From a virus (taxonomy: Duplodnaviria > Heunggongvirae > Uroviricota > Caudoviricetes), in IMG/VR virus record IMGVR_UViG_2851933302_000002, positions 1 to 41,286 of that record: a stretch of 41,286 nucleotides of DNA. One strand, given 5' to 3'. The notes below the pieces were generated by a model. It worked only from the letters and a program-made list of their open reading frames with translations, ran no database searches and had not been told where the DNA came from. This document shows positions 16,674 to 24,697 of this stretch, piece by piece. The position numbers and the translations under genes were made by a program. The stretch's first letter is position 1, and the number at the start of each line of letters is the position of its first letter.

Positions 16674-18527
16674 ATGGCATTTAAACACTATGACGTGGTC
16701 AGGGCGGCATCGCCGTCAGACCTTGCGAAACGACTGACACAAAAACTGAAGGAGGGCTGGCAGCCGTTTGGTAGTCCGGTGGCCATAACCCCTTATACCC
16801 TGATGCAGGCGATTGCAGCAGAAGGTGATGTGGTCGTCAGTGGTGCAACTGAGCCGGAGTGGTACTACGTCATCGTACTGGCCGGGCAATCCAATGCCAT
16901 GGCTTACGGTGAAGGGCTTCCGCTTCCGGATTCATACGATGCGCCCCATCCGCGCATTAAGCAACTGGCCCGTCGTAACACAGTGACTCCCGGTGGTGAA
17001 GTATGCGTATTTAACGACATCATTCCTGCTGACCATTGTCTGCATGATGTTCAGGATATGAGTACGATTAACCATCCCCGGGCTGACCTGAGCAAAGGGC
17101 AGTACGGCTGTGTCGGACAGGGCTTACATATTGCCAAAAAACTGCTTCCGTATATCCCTAATAATGCGGGGATCCTGCTGGTACCATGCTGTCGTGGTGG
17201 TTCGGCATTCACCCAGGGCACGGAGGGGACATTCAGCGAGTCCACGGGAGCCAGTCAGGATTCGGCTCGCTGGGGAGTGGGTAAGCCGTTATATCAGGAT
17301 CTGCTTTTCCGCACGAAGGCAGCATTGCAGAAAAACCCGAAAAACGTTTTGCTGGCGATATGCTGGATGCAGGGGGAATTCGATATGACGAATGCCAGTT
17401 ACGCCCAGCAGCCAGCAGCATTTCTTGCAATGGTACAGCAGTTCCGTGCTGACCTTGCCGGGCTGGCGGCGCAGTGTCACGGTGGAAGTCCGGCATCAGT
17501 CCCCTGGATTTGTGGCGACACGACATACGCGTGGAAACAAGAACACGGTACGCAATATGAAGTGGTATATGGTGCATATAAAGGTAAAGAATCCCAGCAG
17601 ATTTATTTTGTTCCCTTTATGACCGATGGTAGCGGAGTTAATACACCGACAAACAACCCGTCAGAAGATCCTGATATTGCCGGGTCTGGTTATTACGGTT
17701 CGGCATCCCGAACGAACAAAAACTGGGTATCATCAAATCGCCCGACGCATTTCAGCTCATGGGCGCGTCGTGGCATTATTCCCGATCGTATGGCAACTGC
17801 TATTCTGAACGTAGCCGGTCGCACCTTAGCCTTCATTAGTGGTAAGGCACCGGAAATCAAACCCTCGCCCGGCGGCGACACGCCATCGGGGCCGTCTGAA
17901 GATGCATCCATACGCACAATCTCCCTGTTGCCGACAGCCGGAGACGCTGCTGCGCAGGGCTGGAGCATTAAGAATGGCGGAATTCAGTTGTCAGATGGTG
18001 TATTTAAGATCACCAAGCAGAGCAATAAAGCCTGGTCCCTGACGCGCCCGGTGGATGACGCAGTCTCCCTGCTGACACGGGGTGGCAGACTGAGCTGTAA
18101 GTTTCGACTGTCAGGCGCACTGACCAACAACCAGTTCGGTCTGGGAATTTATCTGTATACCGATGTAGCGTTACCTGACGTCGTGGCGATGACCGGGACT
18201 GGTAACCCGTTCCTGATGTCGTTCTTCACCCAGACCACAGACGGCAAACTGAATCTGATGCATCACAAGAAAGCAGGAAACACAAAGTTGGGCGAGTTCG
18301 GGAATTACAGTAACGACTGGCAGACGCTGGAGCTGGTGTTCACCGCCGGCAGTGCCACGGTTACTCCGAAACTGAATGGAGTGGCTGGCCCGGCATTCCA
18401 GGTCATAAAAGACAGTCTGACACTGGGGCTGAATGCGCTGACGCTGACGGATATTACCAAAAATGCAGCGTATGGCGTTGAGATAGAAAGTCTGGTGCTG
18501 GAGATAAATGCACCGGCATCATCATAA
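16674..18527 (+). CDS. nanS-p: Prophage sialate O-acetylesterase (NanS-p-like; SASA esterase domain)
   Basis: 617-aa ORF with SD GGGAGGA. N-terminal module followed by an SGNH/SASA-like esterase motif (VLAGQSNAMAYG). Sits between the tRNAs and the lysis cassette, as in Stx-type lambdoid phages. Confidence 0.75.
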   Translation: MAFKHYDVVRAASPSDLAKRLTQKLKEGWQPFGSPVAITPYTLMQAIAAEGDVVVSGATEPEWYYVIVLAGQSNAMAYGEGLPLPDSYDAPHPRIKQLARRNTVTPGGEVCVFNDIIPADHCLHDVQDMSTINHPRADLSKGQYGCVGQGLHIAKKLLPYIPNNAGILLVPCCRGGSAFTQGTEGTFSESTGASQDSARWGVGKPLYQDLLFRTKAALQKNPKNVLLAICWMQGEFDMTNASYAQQPAAFLAMVQQFRADLAGLAAQCHGGSPASVPWICGDTTYAWKQEHGTQYEVVYGAYKGKESQQIYFVPFMTDGSGVNTPTNNPSEDPDIAGSGYYGSASRTNKNWVSSNRPTHFSSWARRGIIPDRMATAILNVAGRTLAFISGKAPEIKPSPGGDTPSGPSEDASIRTISLLPTAGDAAAQGWSIKNGGIQLSDGVFKITKQSNKAWSLTRPVDDAVSLLTRGGRLSCKFRLSGALTNNQFGLGIYLYTDVALPDVVAMTGTGNPFLMSFFTQTTDGKLNLMHHKKAGNTKLGEFGNYSNDWQTLELVFTAGSATVTPKLNGVAGPAFQVIKDSLTLGLNALTLTDITKNAAYGVEIESLVLEINAPASS

Positions 18528-18612
18528 AAAGTGAGCCAGCCAAATGGAAGGTATCGTTAAACTCACCGGTAGTGTCAGTGGGTCGTCTGAGATGCCTGCA
18601 TGAGTTATCAGA

Positions 18613-18643
18613 GCCATCAGTACTTAACTGGTGGCTTTTTTTA
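18613..18643 (+). terminator. Terminator-like hairpin after nanS-p
   Basis: GCCATCAG-TACTTAA-CTGGTGGC hairpin (one G-T pair) followed by T8. Confidence 0.5.
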
Positions 18644-18677
18644 TTGTTGTCAGCTTCCGGATAACGGGAGACGGGGT

Positions 18678-18893
18678 ATGTACCAGATGGAAAAAATCAC
18701 AACAGGTGTGTCATACACCACGTCAGCGGTGGGAACGGGCTACTGGTTCCTGCAGTTGCTGGACAGGGTTTCCCCGTCTCAGTGGGCGGCAATAGGCGTG
18801 CTGGGGAGTCTGCTGTTTGGGCTGCTGACATATCTGACTAACCTGTATTTCAAAATCAGAGAGGACCGTCGTAAGGCTGCACGGGGAGAGTAA
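18678..18893 (+). CDS. S: Holin, phage 21 S-type pinholin with dual start
   Basis: 71-aa product [13 protein letters not shown]...[36 protein letters not shown], near-identical in its C-terminal two-thirds to my recollection of S21. Dual-start Mets at 18678 and 18687. Confidence 0.85.
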   Translation: MYQMEKITTGVSYTTSAVGTGYWFLQLLDRVSPSQWAAIGVLGSLLFGLLTYLTNLYFKIREDRRKAARGE

Positions 18894-18897
18894 TTCA

Positions 18898-19242
18898 ATG
18901 ACTCAAAACTATGAACTGATTGTGAAAGGGATCCGCAATTTTGAGAATAAAGTTACGGTAACTTTAGCGTTACGGGACAAAAAACGCTTTGACGGTGAAA
19001 TTTTTGACCTGGACATCTCGCTGGACCGTGTTGAAGGTGCCTCGCTGGAGTTTTATGAGGCAGCAGCCAGAAGGAGCATCAGACAGGTCTTCCTGGATGT
19101 TGCTGCCGGGTTATGTGAAGGGGATGAGCAGTCGCCGGAAAAGCGCCCCGTAATTTTAGAGGCGCAGGATGTGTTGATAACCTACAGAGGAAAACTACCG
19201 GGAATAATTACGGGTTCTCTGAAGAGTCCGCCGAAATGGTAA
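18898..19242 (+). CDS. Hypothetical protein inserted between holin and endolysin
   Basis: 114-aa ORF starting 5 nt after the holin stop, with SD GGAGAG. No recognisable family. Confidence 0.5.
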   Translation: MTQNYELIVKGIRNFENKVTVTLALRDKKRFDGEIFDLDISLDRVEGASLEFYEAAARRSIRQVFLDVAAGLCEGDEQSPEKRPVILEAQDVLITYRGKLPGIITGSLKSPPKW

Positions 19243-19480
19243 TTTTACCAGCATATTTTTCATCCAGTAATACAGCAAGCCGCCTGAAAGAGTCTTGTTG
19301 TTCCTGAGACCATTTGGGATTGCATGATTCAAACTGGATTGATGCCAGCGTTGATTGCATCTGTTCCCTTGGAATTGAGAATGCCAGATATGAGAAGGCG
19401 ACGGTAAGGGTATTCACGTCTTCCCGAAGCCTGGAAATGCTGTCGAGCAACTCCTGTAGAGAAATGGTGTTATTGTCCAT
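19208..19480 (-). CDS. Hypothetical protein, antisense to the late operon
   Basis: 90-aa ORF on the opposite strand with SD GAGGA. Its 3' end overlaps the 3' end of the 114-aa gene by 35 nt. A 7-bp-stem hairpin lies in its upstream region (19513-19534). Confidence 0.5.
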   Translation of the reverse strand: MDNNTISLQELLDSISRLREDVNTLTVAFSYLAFSIPREQMQSTLASIQFESCNPKWSQEQQDSFRRLAVLLDEKYAGKITISADSSENP

Positions 19481-19585
19481 AAATAATCCTCATGATTGTA
19501 TTGACCTGTTAGCAGCCTGAGGCAACAGGCTGGAACTGATAAACATATCTAGGGCTCAGAAACCGATAAATCCTGATAAATATCC

Positions 19586-20119
19586 ATGAACGCAAAAATC
19601 AGATACGGCCTGTCGGCTGCCGTTCTGGCGCTGATTGCCGCTGGTGCGCCTGCGCCTGACATTCTCGACCAGTTTCTGGATGAAAAGGAAGGTAACCACA
19701 CCACGGCATACCGTGATGGCGCGGGTATCTGGACCATCTGCCGCGGTGCCATCCTGGTGGATGGCAAACCTGTCGTTCCGGGCATGAAGTTGTCGAAGGA
19801 AAAATGCGACCGGGTTAACGCCATTGAGCGTGATAAGGCGCTGGCATGGGTGGAGAAAAACATCAGAGTGCCATTGAGTGAACCCCAGAAAGCGGGGATC
19901 GCGTCATTCTGTCCGTACAACATTGGTCCCGGTAAGTGTTTCCCGTCGACGTTTTATAAACGAATTAATGCAGGTGATCGCAGGGGAGCGTGTGAGGCGA
20001 TTCGCTGGTGGATTAAGGACGGTGGCAGAGACTGCCGTGTCCGCTCAAATAACTGTTATGGTCAGGTATCCCGTCGTGACCAGGAGAGCGCGCTGGCGTG
20101 CTGGGGAATCGACAGATAA
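19586..20119 (+). CDS. R: SAR endolysin (phage 21 R-type lysozyme with N-terminal signal-anchor-release domain)
   Basis: 177-aa ORF. N-terminal hydrophobic Ala/Gly-rich SAR segment (LSAAVLALIAAGAPA) followed by a lysozyme core (E...D...T) resembling R21. Confidence 0.85.
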   Translation: MNAKIRYGLSAAVLALIAAGAPAPDILDQFLDEKEGNHTTAYRDGAGIWTICRGAILVDGKPVVPGMKLSKEKCDRVNAIERDKALAWVEKNIRVPLSEPQKAGIASFCPYNIGPGKCFPSTFYKRINAGDRRGACEAIRWWIKDGGRDCRVRSNNCYGQVSRRDQESALACWGIDR

Positions 20120-20213
20120 GCAGAATATTTTGCTGAAAAATAAGGTATGGCCACGCGGGCGGATAACACGAAATCCTGCGAACTGGCGAAACGTAAGTGA
20201 ATAAAAGTAAAAA

Positions 20214-20249
20214 CCCCGTTTGTTGGCACCAAGCGGGGTTTTGTGTTTC
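20214..20249 (+). terminator. Terminator-like hairpin between endolysin and downstream small ORF
   Basis: CCCCG...TTGG-CA-CCAA...CGGGG hairpin followed by TTTTGTGTTT. Confidence 0.5.
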
Positions 20250-20278
20250 CTGACTCCGGAAAAGTCAAAGGAGAAAGT

Positions 20279-20416
20279 GTGTTTGATTTTAGCAAACTGA
20301 TTCGGGAGATTCGAGTGATGGCTGAAAAATTATCCACCTGGAAGTTCATTCTTATCTGGCTGGTGTTTGTGATTATGGCCTCCGGTTATTTCATCGGTCA
20401 GATACGCTGGTGGTGA
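20279..20416 (+). CDS. Small single-pass membrane peptide between R and Rz
   Basis: 45-aa ORF from GTG at 20279 with SD AAGGAG at 5-nt spacing; an in-frame ATG at 20318 gives a 32-aa version. Hydrophobic core [20 protein letters not shown]. Stop lies 1 nt before the Rz start. Not in the ORF track (under 60 aa). Confidence 0.35.
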   Translation: MFDFSKLIREIRVMAEKLSTWKFILIWLVFVIMASGYFIGQIRWW

Positions 20417-20417
20417 A

Positions 20418-20885
20418 ATGAACCGCGTACTGTGCGTGGTCATCATTGCCCTGCTGGTGGCCTGTGGTGCGCTTAGTCTGGGGCTGAATCATTACCGTGA
20501 TAACGCCATTACCTACAAAGCCCAGCGCGACAAAAATGTCAGAGAACTGAAGCTGGCGAACGCGGCAATTACTGACATGCAGATGCGTCAGCGTGATGTT
20601 GCTGCGCTCGATGCAAAATACACGAAGGAGTTAGCTGATGCGAAAGCTGAAAATGAAACTCTTCGCGCTGACGTTGCCGCTGGTCGTAAGCGCCTGCGTA
20701 TCAACGCCACCTGTCCAGGTCCCGTGCGTGAAGCCACCGGCACCGCCCGCGTGGATAATGCAACCGGCCCCCAACTGGCAGACACCGTTACACGGGATTA
20801 TTTCACCCTCAGAGAGCGGCTGATGACGATGCAGAAGCAACTGGAAGGGGCGCAGGAATATATCCGTACTCAGTGCCTGAAATAA
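20418..20885 (+). CDS. Rz: Spanin, inner membrane subunit (Rz)
   Basis: 155-aa ORF with an N-terminal transmembrane segment and a coiled-coil periplasmic domain. Sequence closely resembles lambda Rz. Confidence 0.85.
   Translation: MNRVLCVVIIALLVACGALSLGLNHYRDNAITYKAQRDKNVRELKLANAAITDMQMRQRDVAALDAKYTKELADAKAENETLRADVAAGRKRLRINATCPGPVREATGTARVDNATGPQLADTVTRDYFTLRERLMTMQKQLEGAQEYIRTQCLK
20638..20823 (+). CDS. Rz1: Spanin, outer membrane lipoprotein subunit (Rz1), embedded in Rz +1 frame
   Basis: 61-aa ORF inside Rz in another frame. Lipobox-like LVVSAC followed by a proline-rich mature part. Confidence 0.85.
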   Translation: MRKLKMKLFALTLPLVVSACVSTPPVQVPCVKPPAPPAWIMQPAPNWQTPLHGIISPSESG

Positions 20886-21235
20886 GTTTTGTTGATGCGC
20901 CGTATCGTCGCTGTATTCCCTCATTAACAGAGACCGCAGCCCGACAGGGAGACTCCTCTGCGCGAGTGTGCGGGGATAATCAAAAACGATACACACCGGG
21001 GTTTACCGCGTTAACGGAGCGCGGCGTTGTCCCCTCATAGTCGCCTGTCCGGTGCGATGGTGGAAGAAACCGGATGTTTATCACTATTAATTGATGACAC
21101 AGAAATGGATTCATTGAATTTCAGCACGTTTTTGTATTCGTGTTATTGAACATCTGTTTATTTTACTTTTAACATATTGATAATAAAAAGAGCTGTAAAT
21201 CTTTAGATGAGTCGATTTTGTCCGGGGAAGTTCAA

Positions 21236-21376
21236 ATGGATTTTATGCTGACGGTTTCTGGTGTGGTTATCCTGTCCATTGCTTATACTGCAGATAAATA
21301 TGGCTGCCATTTGTTATCACGTATTGGCGCTTATTGTTCGTTGATGCTGATTTTCTCGTCGCTTTTTTTTGAGTAA
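21236..21376 (+). CDS. Small hydrophobic peptide in AT-rich Rz-cos spacer
   Basis: 46-aa ORF with SD GGGGAAG. Hydrophobic sequence (VSGVVILSIAY...SLMLIFSSLFF). Not in the ORF track. Confidence 0.25.
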   Translation: MDFMLTVSGVVILSIAYTADKYGCHLLSRIGAYCSLMLIFSSLFFE

Positions 21377-21508
21377 GTTATATTAATTATAACAAATAAT
21401 TTTCTGTGTTATTTTTTCAGGCTATCCCGTCAGAGGGGAAGCCTGTACTGCCGGGGAGCGAATGGAAAACTGATGTGTCCGGTAACTGCGTGTTCTGTGA
21501 ACACCATG

Positions 21509-21694
21509 TTACTTAATTATGTAATTCATACCCGAACTCTCTGTTGACAGCCTTCTTCTGCAGGCTTCAATAACCCACGCTGAAAAGTTTCCTGAACCTT
21601 TCAGATCAAGAGCGATGTTAATTTGTTCAATCATCTGGTTTGGAAATCGGATGTTGCGGGTTGTTGTTCTGCGGGTTCTGTTCTTTGATGACAT
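21509..21694 (-). CDS. Ribbon-helix-helix (Arc/MetJ/CopG-like) DNA-binding protein
   Basis: 61-aa ORF with SD GGGGA. Basic N-terminus, beta-strand RNIRFPNQ, helices MIEQINIALD and NFSAWVIEACRRRL. Located in the AT-rich region between Rz and cos, where lambda carries bor. Confidence 0.55.
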   Translation of the reverse strand: MSSKNRTRRTTTRNIRFPNQMIEQINIALDLKGSGNFSAWVIEACRRRLSTESSGMNYIIK

Positions 21695-21879
21695 AATGTT
21701 TCCCCATATTCAGTGTTGCTGATTTGTATTATCTGAAGTTGCTTTTACGTTAATTTGATGCAGATCAATTAATACGATACCTGCGTCATAATTGATTATT
21801 TCTCGTGGTTTGATGGCGTACACACATGTTGTGATAAACCTTATATAGATGATAATCATTATCATTTTCGTGGGTCCTT

Positions 21880-22060
21880 TCCGGCGATCCGACCGGTTAC
21901 GGGGCGGCGACCTCGCGGATTTTCACTATTTATGAAAATTTTCCGGGATCCATGTCCGGTTTCTCTGCAAGTTAACCATATGAAAAATATAAAAACATGC
22001 TTTCCATGAACCGGACATGCGCAAAAAATAGACACTAAAACCGGACATGACCGGTTTTGT
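21880..22060 (+). other. cos: Cohesive end site (cosQ-cosN-cosB), lambda type
   Basis: GGGCGGCGACCT at 21902-21913 with flanks (CCGACCGGTTACG upstream; CGCGGATTTTCACTATTTATGAAAATTTTCCGG downstream) near-identical to my recollection of the lambda cos junction. Downstream are three copies of a 9-bp motif: CATGTCCGG (21951-21959, inverted) and CCGGACATG (22011-22019, 22041-22049). Confidence 0.8.
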
Positions 22061-22097
22061 TGTGATTGTGAGGTGAGAGTTTTTTGCGAGGTGAGGA

Positions 22098-22607
22098 GTG
22101 GCTACGCAGACTGAAGTTGCCAGGCATTTAAGTCTGACCGATCGCCAGCTTCGCAGATTGCAGAAATTGCCGGGTGCCCCGATATCGAATAAGCGAGGGC
22201 AACTGGATCTGGATGCCTGGCGCGATTTTTACATATCGTATCTGAGAAGAAGTAAAAACGATGTGCCTGATGGCGATAGCGAAGACGACTATGAGGAGAA
22301 ATTGCTTATTGCCAGATGGGAACTGACAGCAGAACAGGCTGTTACACAGCAGTTAAAAAATGAGGTGTCAAAAGGAAAACTTATTGACACCGGGTTCTGT
22401 ATTTTTGCCCTCAGCAAGCTGGCAATGGCGTTATCCAGTACGCTTGATTCCATCCCTTTATCCATGCAGCGACAGTTTCCTGATTTAACACCGCGCCATC
22501 TTGACCATCTGAAAACCCTTATTGCGAAGGGGGCAAATCAGTGTGCGCGGGCGGGGGATAAATTACCGGATTTACTCGATGAATATATCAGAGCAACAAC
22601 TGAATAA
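22098..22607 (+). CDS. Nu1: Terminase small subunit (Nu1-like)
   Basis: 169-aa ORF directly downstream of cos. N-terminal HTH (VARHLSLTDRQLRRLQ). C-terminal region resembles the Nu1 family. Overlaps the terminase large subunit start. Confidence 0.8.
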   Translation: MATQTEVARHLSLTDRQLRRLQKLPGAPISNKRGQLDLDAWRDFYISYLRRSKNDVPDGDSEDDYEEKLLIARWELTAEQAVTQQLKNEVSKGKLIDTGFCIFALSKLAMALSSTLDSIPLSMQRQFPDLTPRHLDHLKTLIAKGANQCARAGDKLPDLLDEYIRATTE

Positions 22608-24507
22608 TATGATGAGTGCTGTCACAACAGCATTACAGCCCCTGATAAGGGCATTGCCGGTGACGCCAGTTGAATGGGCTGATCAAAATTATTATCTGCC
22701 TAAAGAATCTTCATATGGTGAGGGAGAATGGAAAACGCTGCCGTTCCAGATCGCCATCATGAACAGCATGGGGAATGATCAGATCCGGACTGTTAATCTG
22801 ATTAAATCTGCCCGTGTTGGCTATACAAAGATGTTGCTGGGAGTCGCCGGGTATTTTATTGAGCATAAATCCCGAAACAGTCTGCTTTTTCAGCCCACGG
22901 ATTCTGCCGCTGAAGATTTTATGAAGTCTCACGTGGAGGCGACGATTCGCGATGTTCCCTGCCTGAAAAAACTTTCTCCCTGGCTGGGACGTAAACATCG
23001 TGATAATACCATCACGCTGAAACGCTTTTCATCGGGTGTGGGCTTCTGGTGCCTGGGCGGCGCTGCCGCCAAAAACTACCGTGAAAAATCCGTGGACGTG
23101 GTCTGCTATGACGAACTTTCCTCGTTCGAGCCGGATGTCGAAAAAGAGGGCTCGCCAACCCTGCTGGGGGATAAGCGTATTGAGGGCTCGGTATGGCCAA
23201 AATCCATTCGCGGCTCGACGCCTAAAATAAAAGGCTCCTGCCAGATCGAAAAAGCGGCCAACGAGTCGGCGCATTTCATGCGTTTTTATGTGCCCTGCCC
23301 GCACTGTGGGGAGGCGCAGTATCTGAAATTTGGCGATGAGTCCACGCCTTTTGGCCTTAAATGGGAGAAGGACAGCCCCGAAAGCGTTTTCTACCTCTGT
23401 GAACATCATGGCTGCGTGATCCATCAGTCTGAGCTTGACCAGAGCAACGGGCGGTGGATCTGTGAAAACACGGGGATGTGGACCCGCGACGGTCTGACGT
23501 TTTTCAGCGCCGCGGATAATGAAATTCCGCCGCCGCGCTCCATCACATTCCATATCTGGACGGCGTACAGTCCGTTCACCACCTGGGTACAGATTGTCTA
23601 TGACTGGCTGGATGCACTGAAAGATCCCAACGGCCTGAAAACCTTTGTGAACACCACGCTGGGCGAGACCTGGGAAGAGGCCGTGGGCGAAAAACTCGAT
23701 CACCAGGTGCTGATGGATAAGGTTGTGCGTTACACGGCTGCGGTGCCTTCCCGGGTGGTTTATCTGACGGCGGGCATTGACTCGCAGCGAAACCGTTTTG
23801 AGATGTATGTCTGGGGATGGGCTCCGGGAGAGGAAGCCTTTCTGGTGGATAAAATCATCATTATGGGGCGTCCCGATGAGGAAGAGACGCTGTTACGTGT
23901 GGATGTGGCGATCAACAAAAAATACCGCCATGCAGACGGAACCGAAATGACCATTTCCCGTGTCTGCTGGGACATCGGGGGGATCGATGGCGAAATTGTC
24001 TATCAGAGGTCAAAAAAACACGGTGTTTTCCGGGTGCTGCCGGTAAAAGGTGCATCTGTTTATGGCAAGCCGGTGATCACCATGCCAAAAACCCGCAATC
24101 AGCGGGGCGTGTATCTGTGCGAAGTGGGGACGGACACCGCAAAAGAAATTCTCTATGCCCGTATGAAAGCCGATCCCACGCCTGCGGATGAAGCCACGTC
24201 GTATGCCATCCGTTTTCCTGATGATCCGGAGATTTTTTCGCAGACAGAGGCGCAGCAACTGGTGGCGGAAGAGCTTGTGGAGAAGTGGGAAAAAGGAAAG
24301 ATGCGTCTGCTGTGGGATAACAAAAAGCGGCGTAACGAAGCGCTGGACTGCCTGGTGTATGCCTACGCGGCATTACGTGTGTCCGTGCAACGCTGGCAGC
24401 TTGATCTGGCTGTACTGGCAAAATCCCGGGAAGAAGAGACGACCCGGCCAACCCTTAAAGAACTGGCAGCGAAGCTGTCCGGAGGAGTGAATGGTTACAG
24501 TCGCTGA
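22579..24507 (+). CDS. A: Terminase large subunit (lambda gpA-like)
   Basis: From the ATG at 22579 (MNISEQQL...). Extensive similarity along the protein to recalled lambda gpA (VEWADQNYYLPKESSYGEGEWKTLPFQ, Walker A-like KSARVGYTKMLLG, nuclease region). Confidence 0.95.
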   Translation: MNISEQQLNNMMSAVTTALQPLIRALPVTPVEWADQNYYLPKESSYGEGEWKTLPFQIAIMNSMGNDQIRTVNLIKSARVGYTKMLLGVAGYFIEHKSRNSLLFQPTDSAAEDFMKSHVEATIRDVPCLKKLSPWLGRKHRDNTITLKRFSSGVGFWCLGGAAAKNYREKSVDVVCYDELSSFEPDVEKEGSPTLLGDKRIEGSVWPKSIRGSTPKIKGSCQIEKAANESAHFMRFYVPCPHCGEAQYLKFGDESTPFGLKWEKDSPESVFYLCEHHGCVIHQSELDQSNGRWICENTGMWTRDGLTFFSAADNEIPPPRSITFHIWTAYSPFTTWVQIVYDWLDALKDPNGLKTFVNTTLGETWEEAVGEKLDHQVLMDKVVRYTAAVPSRVVYLTAGIDSQRNRFEMYVWGWAPGEEAFLVDKIIIMGRPDEEETLLRVDVAINKKYRHADGTEMTISRVCWDIGGIDGEIVYQRSKKHGVFRVLPVKGASVYGKPVITMPKTRNQRGVYLCEVGTDTAKEILYARMKADPTPADEATSYAIRFPDDPEIFSQTEAQQLVAEELVEKWEKGKMRLLWDNKKRRNEALDCLVYAYAALRVSVQRWQLDLAVLAKSREEETTRPTLKELAAKLSGGVNGYSR

Positions 24508-24697
24508 ACTGCAGGCGCTGCGTCAGGCGCGCCTTGATTTATTAACCGGTAAACGGGTGGTGTCTGTCCAGAAAGATGGTCGCAGAATTGAATATACGGC
24601 AGCTTCTCTGGATGAGCTTAACCGGGCGATCAATGATGCGGAGTCGGTACTGGGGACAACCCGCCGTCGCCGTCGTCCGCTGGGAGTGAGGTTATGA
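24491..24697 (+). CDS. W: Head-tail joining protein gpW
   Basis: 68-aa ORF strongly similar to recalled lambda gpW (LLTGKRVVSVQKDGRRIEYTAASLDEL). Confidence 0.9.
   Translation: MVTVAELQALRQARLDLLTGKRVVSVQKDGRRIEYTAASLDELNRAINDAESVLGTTRRRRRPLGVRL

Noticed and set aside
20886-21880. bor lipoprotein gene expected between Rz and cos
   Set aside because: No ORF with a Bor-like lipoprotein signal was found. The region instead holds an RHH gene and a small hydrophobic ORF.
22098-22100. Start codon of the Nu1-like gene
   Set aside because: The only in-frame start is a GTG with a sub-optimally placed SD, so the exact start is uncertain. The gene itself is retained.
23029-23703. 224-aa minus-strand ORF inside the terminase large subunit gene
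   Set aside because: Antisense to a confidently identified gpA homolog with no independent support.
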